From: Diadema antillarum
Taxonomy: Eukaryota
DNA length: 64,000 nucleotides
Assembly: GCF_040938485.1 (NCBI RefSeq)
Contig: NW_027270915.1
Coordinates: 806,001-870,000, forward strand
Direction: 5' to 3'
In this document: piece by piece, positions 1 to 9,558 of the stretch
Layout: each line of letters begins with the position of its first letter
How positions within the stretch are numbered: the stretch's first letter is position 1
Position numbers and translations under genes: made by a program
The notes under the pieces: generated by a model
What the model was told of the DNA's origin: nothing
Database searches by the model: none
What the model saw: only the letters and a program-made list of their open reading frames with translations

Positions 1-232
1 TTGATGTATTGATAATTACGTACTCATTTTTTTGTATCAAAGTTCCCGTGATCTTAATTTGAATCATCTGCCTTGTGTTCTGCTTCTTTCTCAAGGAAAA
101 TCATTAAAAAAAAGATACATGTTTGAGCACCTACAGGGCATACAGAGATACAAAAAATGTTCGAACCAATTAGCACTAATCAAGTTTCATCAACTACAGT
201 GTATTATTAAGTACTGCTACTAAAGAGAAATG

Positions 233-441
233 TACTGTAAAACGAGGAATGTTCGCATGCATTTAATTTCACGAATTTCGCGAGCGCCAAGATTCTCGAA
301 AATAAAATGCATGCGAAAGTTCTTGTCTACACTGTATGAGTTGCATGTCTGTGGCAATTTGCGAAAATTTCATGCCACAAAGAGGCCGTCGGCTCCAATT
401 CACGAAAATTCTATGCCGCGAATATATCATGTTTTACAGTA
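233..441. mobile_element. MITE with 11-bp terminal inverted repeats; degenerate relatives near 40690-40899, 41410-41602 and 42600-42830
   Basis: TACTGTAAAAC at 233-243 and its exact reverse complement GTTTTACAGTA at 431-441. The internal motifs (ggctccaatt, gcaaattgccac, ccaagatt) recur in the other copies. Confidence 0.7.
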
Positions 442-1048
442 CCGGTATATATTTTCAGGATTGTCTTGACTTTTCGAAAATAGGACAAATGCACTTTCCA
501 GAGTATGTGTACATTAAACTAACAACAGCGGACCAGACTTCTAGCATTATCTCCACAGTGCTAGTTCCAGACTCTAAATTGCTATTCAACCTCTGCTAGA
601 CAACCTTTATAATTTGGTTCACCAATGTGACAGCTTAAAGGTCAAATTTACCTCTGGGAGCAGTGATTTAAAAAATGTTTAAGATATCACATTTGATGCA
701 TATCGTATTTGTAGGTCTGTTGTATCACAAAACATCCTACCATATAAAAGCCTAAAATATAAGAAGATTCAGCCTAAAACATAAGAAGATTATATCACTA
801 TATATAAGAAGATTATATCACTATTTTTCTCCTCAAACCATAACTGTAGACAGTTTAGTGTGGAAACATTTTTATTTCAACTATTGTTCACATTTTGTGT
901 GTCTAACAATACTTAACATTGATTATACCTATTCATATTTTCACAGTGGTTGTTTCTATCCCGAACTCACATTTGAGAACTATTTTAAAGCACCAATGCT
1001 GGGTTTTTGGTTTCTTCTGCAAATGGTAAATTGTGCCTTTAAACTTAC

Positions 1049-1101
1049 ATCTGTTGGCAACCTGGTAAATTCTTGTTCCGTCAGTCGCAGGTAGGATCGA
1101 T
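1049..1101 (-). CDS. MMGT1: ER membrane protein complex subunit 5 / membrane magnesium transporter 1, coding exon 2; the gene continues off the left edge
   Basis: cttttcttcAG acceptor and GTAAGT donor. Encodes (H)RSYLRLTEQEFTRLPTD, matching human EMC5 HRSYMRLTEKEDESLPID. In phase with exon 1. Confidence 0.92.
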
Positions 1102-1244
1102 CTGAAGAAAAGAAATGCAAAACTGGTAATGCCATATATGACTGTCTACTCTTCTAGCAACTACATGTACATCATCTCATTTAATTCAAAGTAAATTCCC
1201 TGTACGTAGGCCTACATCAATCTTGCTGTCGGGAAGATGCTTAA

Positions 1245-1334
1245 CCCGTTGATCAGGGGACGAGTCCCGAGTATACTCAGGCAGGAGTCTATGGGAAATG
1301 TGTGTTGCAGCAAAATCAGTCTGTCTTTAACGGA
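1245..1334. mobile_element. piggyBac-type ~90-bp MITE in MMGT1 intron 1
   Basis: TTAA on both sides and a CCCGTTGA left end. The same internal sequence (gtcccgagtatactc, tctatgggaaatg) occurs at 36816-36900, 35528-35612 and about 51500-51590. Confidence 0.7.
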
Positions 1335-2418
1335 TTAAAGCCAAAATATAGAAGAAGGGCTATAAATTAATCTTTTACAGATATCTTTGGAATTTGCTTG
1401 CACTACATCAAAGTGTCCATCAAGAGATTAACCAACCTTGCTGATGCAATTTGCTGGGATGATGAATTGTTTTTGGAATATTTTGAGATCAACAGATCAA
1501 AAGTGTTTAGAAATTAGGTGTATAAAAAATTACCAATGAAAATTTATGTGGCATATTGTACATCGTAGTATCATTCATGACCTGGTATTCAGTGGTAAAA
1601 AGGCCTGAGATTGTGGACTTCTGGTGAACATTTTTTTTGCTAATATTTCTCTTACCAAACCGAAATTGTGTTATTACAAAACTATCTTTTGTATTGTACA
1701 CATTTGTATGCATCCACCAGCATGTGTATATTTCGAAGCCATAAATTACTAATCACTATAGATCTATTAATAATGACAGTTCTAGAAACAGTAGAAAATG
1801 TTTTGCTTTTGGCTTGTTCAATTACGAAACCACTGTCACTGTCCAGCATATAGATGCACAATCAGATTCAGAATACTAAATCAACATATTCACGGCAAAG
1901 TGCAAGCAATAATAGTAATATTAATAACTATAGACAATCTTTTGTATTCCCTGACATGACCTTGGTCATACGGTCATGCATGCATGCTTGCTTGTTGTAA
2001 ACTTGTTCACTTTTATAAAAAGGCACAATTCTTGTAAAAATGCAACATTATTAATGAGGCCATTGAGGGTCTAGAGCGTCTAGAGTCTAGATCTAATCGG
2101 TAATCCCCGCCGGATATACAATACAGTACAACAGTCAATGATTTCATTCATACGGCATACGGCTAGTGTACTGTACTTTCGCACCTGTTTGTCAAATGAC
2201 CTCCAAACATGCACAAACTCATTTTCATACAAATTACAATGATGTTGTCAATGTCATACTGCTGACTGTAATGCATTGCGCACACAACATAAATCTCTAT
2301 ACGACGGACTACAGGCAAACGTCCGCCACAGATTTAGAACTGGTAGGAAATTTCGATAACTGAGCTATCAGAACATAATATTCTGTCAAAATCAACCATA
2401 AAGCGACGTATTCCTTAC

Positions 2419-2494
2419 GTTGAGCCGCCGAATATGCCGCATGGGCAAGTCCTATAATGCCAAATAAGACGATAAAATGACTTGATCCAGCCAT
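2419..2494 (-). CDS. MMGT1: EMC5/MMGT1 coding exon 1
   Basis: ATG at 2494. Encodes MAGSSHFIVLFGIIGLAHAAYSAAQ plus one base, then a GTAAGG donor. LAHAAYSAAQH is the EMC5 N-terminal signature. Confidence 0.92.
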
Positions 2495-2968
2495 TGTGTC
2501 GGAAGGTTCCTCAAAATTAATCAAGCGAATGGAAACCGCAATGGAAACCTTGTGTTACATACGTACATCTCTCGATAGACAAGTGTACATTTCAATAATT
2601 ACAAGTGATAAAGAACAATGAAGCCTGCCTTATTAAGTTCAGTGTTGATGTGTAACACCCTCCACTAGATTGTGTTTAATCCTTTTATCGACCATATTCT
2701 AAAATAATTACTTTTCCATCGAAGACTCTAATCGCAAAACGGGCAACCACCATTCAAAAAAATGAATAAAATAAAACATTTCCAGTGATACCTCACATAA
2801 CAAGAAAAATAACGTGAAAAAAAATTACATATAGTACAGGTATATACGTTGTGTTATTTTCTTGTCTACAACTTAATCGCAAAATTAAGTCTTAAATTCA
2901 CAGGAATAACAATATAAGGAAAATAAAACGAGAATTTCACAAAACTTGACTTTTTGAATAAAGTGCAC

Positions 2969-3234
2969 ATGTGAAGGGTTTGTTTGCAAAAACCGATAAG
3001 TCCATTTTTGAAGATTTTGAAGTACGATCTCTGTCATATAGTACAAAATAATACCTTTTAAATGATATTGGTCACTATATCATAGAGGTATATTTTTGAA
3101 GTTATGGTCAAAAGAAGCAAAAATTTTGTTATTATTCTCTTTATTTTTTCTGGACCTTTAATCGCAAATACAGTACGTGTATCTCCATTTGGCAAATATA
3201 GACTTATCGGTTTTTGCAAACAAACTCTTCATAT
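2969..3234. mobile_element. MITE with ~30-bp TIRs between MMGT1 and EPHX1-like A; a lone matching end occurs at about 7711
   Basis: atgtgaagggtttgtttgcaaaaaccgataagtc versus gacttatcggtttttgcaaacaaactcttcatat, a near-perfect inverted pair. Confidence 0.7.
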
Positions 3235-4389
3235 CTTCGACATGTTACTGAATTATGTTAGGGGTAATATTATTTCCCCTGACTTCTGAAAGGGAGAAGT
3301 CGAGTTTTCTTTTACTATGTGAGAAAAGTGAGAATATCTTGAATTTTCTTTATACTTTCTTTATGTAGTTGTACTCATATGACATCACAAGCTATAGTAG
3401 TCTTCTCATCCAGCTGTGACTGAGCAGAAACTTCAAAAATTCATAACTTTTGAACGGATTGTTCGATTTTCCTCAAACTCTCATTGATGTGTTCTACAAA
3501 TATTGCTGCATTCACTCAACCCACATGTCTATGAAGGTGAACTTGTCCTTTAAAAGGGGCGCACGCGCCCACCATTTTTTTTTTACCCTTTTTGTTTTGC
3601 CAAAAACATAAAGTTAACCATCTCTGTTTTGTTTTTGTTTTTTTCACATTGTATGGAATTGGCAAATTTATCCTATCGATTGCGTGAAAAATATGATTGT
3701 TCAATCGTTTGGTATCGTTTGTCATTTGTTACGTGAAAATGTCTTCCAATGGGAGAACATTACAAAAACATTCTGCCCATGGGCGAACATAACCAATATG
3801 CCTCCATCACGAGACTGCGTTTAGCCAATCACTAACCGGTATTTGACTAACCCATTTAATATTGCATAATAGTGACCACTGCTATACACACCTCCAGTGA
3901 CCTCATTGGACAAATCAGGGAGGTGTCATATACCAATCAGTCCTCCTGGTCAAAGGAAACTTCAAACAGATGACAAGGGTCACTGCTAGATCATTCGTAT
4001 AATAAATTCAGGGTGTTGTGTTTTTTTTTGCTTTTTTTTATTTTTTAGATTTCAGGTTCTTACCATTGTGTAAATCATGTAACGCCAGTAAAAATATAAC
4101 GATGAAAATTATAAAAACAATGGCAGGAAGCCTAGTATGATGCATATTGGCGACTGCAAGGTTGTAATATATTCCGTATACAAGAAAAAAAAATCATAAA
4201 ATCTAATCACATAGACTTTTCTTGAATTAAGTTTTCCCGCATGTTGAGCACTCATTAGTATCAAGAAATACGCATATAATATCATGATCATTGATACGCT
4301 TTCTCCAGATTAGGATAGATAAGACGGAATTTGACTTACGCCATCTTTTGTCAAGGCATGCCTCTCGATTCTGGATAGGCTTGTCAAAT

Positions 4390-4406
4390 AATAAGCCCCG
4401 CCTACC
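4390..4406 (+). promoter_or_regulatory. GC-box-containing motif upstream of EPHX1-like A
   Basis: AATAAGCCCCGCCTACC is identical to 20164-20180 upstream of B. CCCCGCC is an Sp/KLF-type site. Confidence 0.55.
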
Positions 4407-4616
4407 CATCAGCACGAGAACGATAATATACATGAAATAAATATTCCGGCAGTAATATGATAGTTGTTACCTCTATGACCTTGTGCCAGTGAGGTGCTTG
4501 TACAGTACGCTGCATTAGGAAAACAGAAGCGCAAAGTTATTGTAGCTGTCGTGTGAGCTTGAAAGCCTTCTTTCGTGCGTTAATCAAAGTGAACTTGACT
4601 ATTCTTCTTGTTGAAA

Positions 4617-4942
4617 ATGGGTTGGAAAACACCAGCCGTCATTCTCCTAGTCGCGATCCTCGTCTGGTATGGAATCTCTTGTTTATTAAACCCGAATTTG
4701 ATCAGCGAAACCCCCGATGCTGGGAGCGGATGGTGGGGTCCTGGCCCCGAAGTCCCCGGGAGCAAGCAGGACACGTCCGTACGTCCGTTCCGCCTTACCG
4801 TGTCTAATGATATTCTCTCAGATCTGAATAGGCGATTGAAGAATACACGGTTTATTGACGCCAAATATGAAACGACGTTCCGCTATGGTTCTAATCCGGC
4901 CTATATGAAGGAAGTTCAACAGTATTGGCTCAAAAAGTACAG
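4617..4942 (+). CDS. EPHX1: EPHX1-like A exon 1 (membrane anchor and EHN domain)
   Basis: MGWKTPAVILL...GWWGPG...YWLKKY; donor AG|GTAACT. Confidence 0.95.
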
Positions 4943-6560
4943 GTAACTAAGCACAAAGATTATACCAACAACGAATATAGGGTCCTAACTAACATAACGC
5001 AATTTTGCTATGATATGATTCTCTTGTAAAGATGTTCTATGAATAAAAAGCATGCCAATCTGGAATACCATTTTCTTGAAACATAAATACGAAACATAAT
5101 ATAGCCTCACTTGTGTGAGCAACATGGCTTTAAAAGAAGGAATAGAAACTATAAACAATGAATACAGGAAAACATGTTTTATTATTATTCTTTTTTAATT
5201 GACATCTCGTACAAAAGTATAGGACATATTTAGAGGAAAGTTGGTAGGTTAGCAAAAGAGATATTTGTATTTATGATTATGACCATGGTAGTGACGATGA
5301 TAATTCATTAGAATGAAATTGATAAAACCAATTATACCTCTGTATAAGGATATTAAGCACATGAATATACATGTGTATGAAAAAACTACATACAGGACCG
5401 GATAAAGAAAAATATCATTATAGGGTTTATAATAGTGTGTGTGTATACTTGCTATATGTGCATTTTGAAGACAAATTATGTAAGTAATGTTGAACATGTC
5501 TTAATGTGTTGCACTGCTTTCTGATATTTCGTCTTGTGTGTGTGTGTTGTGTGGGTGTTGGTATTTTTGTCACTCCTCAGCTGGCGAGATGCCGAGAAGA
5601 AACTAAACAAGTTTGACCACTTCCTGACCAACATCGAAGGCATTGATGTACATTTCATCCACTCCAAGCCCAAACTAGCGCCTGGACAGAAGGCTAAACC
5701 TATCATGATGATCCACGGATGGCCGAGCTCCTTCTATGATTTTAACAAGGTGATTTTTAAGTCAATTCATTTGGTGTTGAATACACGTACGATTCGTATA
5801 GGGCAATGTCTCGCACTTGACTCGATCGGTTTCCATAATCTTAGTAAGAAGAAACATTATCTACAATGTGTTATCTCTGCGAATCCAGACCTTGCAATGC
5901 TTTCAGTGTATCGGTTGAAATGTGACACACCCCTTTCGTTTAAAGGGGATCATACCATATTGCGAAATAAGGTCACAAGGATGGTTGATAAATATAGATA
6001 CAGAGTTCGCTATAATACACACATCCTAAAGTTGAATTTACATGAGATAATTAGCCATCGTTTGAGAAAGATGACAGCCCGTCGTCGAAACTATCAAATA
6101 CAACTTTTCGATGTGTCTAGAGAACTCTTTATCCACATCGTACCATAACTAGTTTTGCTTTGGCTGAGATGGAGATTCATGTTTTAACTAGAGAACTAGA
6201 AACCATAATGAAATATTAAAAAGCGTACAATTCAAACATGAATTCAAAGTATATTTGAGAGATAGCGGTTTTGTAATAGCCGAGATATCCAAAGACAAAG
6301 CAAAGCAAAATGGTCATGATCCAAAGGTGGGTCCTACCTATGGATAGCTTGACCATTTCAAAACCGATTTTCATCAAATAAACTTTGGATTCCTCGTTGA
6401 AGTGTAAGCTATTCACCTAAGTGGTTTCTATTTAGCTCACAAAAATTTAAAACCTCGATTCCCTTCTCAACCAAAACGATATGCCATTTCTTTAAACAAC
6501 GAGTCCACTAGAGACTATATCTTACGCACACACACACACAAACACACACACACATACACA

Positions 6561-6607
<47 letters not shown>

Positions 6608-8164
6608 GCTTTGTCACGTACACATTTCATAAAAATCACTGACATACGTTGCAAAATCTTCATTCTTTTTTTTGTGGGGGGGGGGGCAAACATGTCTCAA
6701 AGTTGAATAGAACCCGACAGGTGTATATTTCATGTATATTATATGATTATAGCAACTGATTGACAAAATGCCCTACATCCTGCTCGAGTAAGTACATCCA
6801 TGATTTGTTTATTATGGCTCTTGCTAAAACACTGATCAATTCTATGCTTATTTATGTCGATGTAGAGCAATTTGTCAATCAGTTGCAATGAAAACACCTC
6901 GACGGAAGAATTTCATAAATTTGAATATTATGATTACACATGTATAATCTTCTTTCATAAGCGTTGTGTGTATGTTGTCAATTACAGTTTCATGTCAAGC
7001 ATGATTATGTGAAGTTTCACGCACCTTTTGCTTTTGTACGCTATCTGCCTTGTTGAGTAAAATGGTAGAAGATATTACACAAAATAGTTTTCAAAGCTTT
7101 GATTACTTTTGCCCTTTGTTTCTTTATTAACTTAAACATTTTACAACTGTGCAAACAACCCCTAACATTTCTTTTATACTGGAACCGTCATGATATAAAA
7201 ATTGTCTGTAGTTAAAGCTTTTAATTTTTGTGTGTGCTTTGTTTCGTTTTAATGTTTGGAAATACTCAAGATCTCTATAGTGAGCAAAGATCGAGTTCAG
7301 TGAGTCTAATGACTCTATAGGTAAACATTTTGTTGTTTGTCTGGGCTAGACTCAGCGATAAGAAAATGTCAAATGTAAGATACATGCAAAATGTATGTGT
7401 ACATAATTATATACGTGGTTAAGCATGATACACTTATTGACTCGTATGAATGTTTAAACATGAAGATTTTTATTGCAAAATGAGCTATTCGTCATTTCAA
7501 AACATTGCAAAGTCGGCCCAAGTCCATTTATCAGATAGAGCAAAATTCAACCTTTCCAGTAATATCTCACATGTAGCTTAACAAGGACTATTCTAGTAAA
7601 GATTAAAAATATTCTGTATTTTCTTTGTTTATTAGCAGCTTTAATCACAAATGTCTCAACAAGGAGTTAACTCGTTTTACGATAAAACTCTTTATATATA
7701 TATATATATATATGAAGAGTTTGTTTGCAAAAACCGATAAGTCCATATTTGTCAAATAGAGATATTTGCGATTAAAGGTCAAGAAAATATTGTGGAATAC
7801 ATTGGAATGCCTTGCATGGCAATAAAGTATGTATGGCTAGCAAAGTAGAATATAGTAACGGATCATTGAAAAAAGAGAGATATCTGAGATTAAACTAGGT
7901 GAGAGACTACAAGAAGAAAATAAGAAAGTAAAGGATATCTCAATCATAACTTTAAGAATATTTATTGTCAGGCACCAAAATATTGAGCTTTCTCTGGAAA
8001 GGTTTTATTTTCGTTCTAATTTGGAGTGACTTAAGGGATCACTCGAAGATTTTGGAATGATCTCTGATGTCACTCGAAAATCAGTCATGTCAGTGAAAAT
8101 GAACATTGTTTGGAGTGATCCCTGAGGTCACTCGAATATGAGTGAAATTAAACATTTTCACTCG

Positions 8165-8195
<31 letters not shown>

Positions 8196-9519
8196 TATAT
8201 GTGTATATATATACATATATATTTATATATGTATATATATATATATATTCATATGATTTTTTATTATCTTTTTTTTTTTAGAGAGAGAGAGGGGGGGGAG
8301 AATCCACGTACTGGTGTTTACACATTTATTGTCAAGAGAACAGCAGTAAATGTTTTTCTTTTCGCCCAAAATAAAGTGAAAATGATTAATCAGCAACAAA
8401 TTTATCATCTGCTTTCCTCTTGGCAAACATGTGGATTATTATATACATATGGTTACATGATATTTCTTTTTACTCTCCATAAAATGTATGTATATAATAT
8501 TCATTTCAGTTTTTTTTCTTTTTCTTATTTCCTATATATTCACAGATTATCCCTATGTTGTCAGACCCACTCAACCACGGAGGCTCGGCTGAGGACGTAT
8601 TTGAAGTCATATGTCCCAGTATTCCAGGGTATGGTTTCTCGGAACCGCCGCATAAGCAAGGTATTTTCAATCAATTTTGAATGAAGAGATTTAAATTCTG
8701 AATAACTATTATTCCCGTTTTTTCTCTTTTTTTTGGACAAAATTGAAAAAAAGAAGAAGATAAATTTACTGCAAAAAGTGGCACTTCATGAGCTATTGCA
8801 AGCACAAATTACGAATAGTATTTGTTTGTAGATGAGATATGGGCATAAGGATTGGACATAAACTTAACTATCAAAGTGTAGTTTGTATATATTTACATGA
8901 CTCCAAATAATCTATATATAATCCATTATTATAGCAGTGAGTTTGCCTGCATGATCACATTCGTAAGATTTCTATCTTTTGGTATTGAGTCATTTCGGTT
9001 TTTTGTTTTTTGTTGGTTTGTTTCTCTGTTTGTTTTTGCTCAATCCCTTTGTCCCTCTGTTTGTAAACGTTGTGTTATCTCTTTCTGTCTATCTATACAT
9101 ACAGAAATATACACATTACGAATATCTATGCGTATTTCATATTATAATAGCTGAGTATGCTGAACGGGTTGCATGTATAATTCTACTGGGAAAAAGAACT
9201 TTGCATGTTATATGAATAGGCCTGTATACACATTCATACTATGAAACAATAGGTCTATTATGCGCACAAACATAATACATGTAGATATCTCCAGAGGTGT
9301 ATATCTTCATAATATGTACATTTTGTAAACATGACTTGTATAACGAATGTGTGATGTTTGTGAATGGCATGAATGTTTGAATAGTACTGTATATACTAAG
9401 TATTAAAGGGGATTTCGATCAAAATGATACCGTTGAACTCGTAATATTTTACTCTTATCAGACTAACTTATATTTTGACTGGATTTTTTCTTTGAACGAT
9501 GAAAACAAATCCGTGACAA

Positions 9520-9558
<39 letters not shown>

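Noticed and set aside
1-1048. Search for MMGT1 exon 3
   Set aside because: I found no minus-strand segment resembling the IVLQTL...GEFK region, so it presumably lies left of the window.
4580-4864. Antisense and alternate-frame ORFs over EPHX1 exons (also 20342-20599, 10800-11021, 37551-37754, 44325-44534, 49623-49856, 58895-59104)
   Set aside because: These are shadows of GC-richer coding exons. They recur between paralogs only because the exons are homologous.
5534-6148. 204-aa ORF
   Set aside because: This is exon 2 of A read through into the flanking introns. Homology stops at the AG and GT sites.
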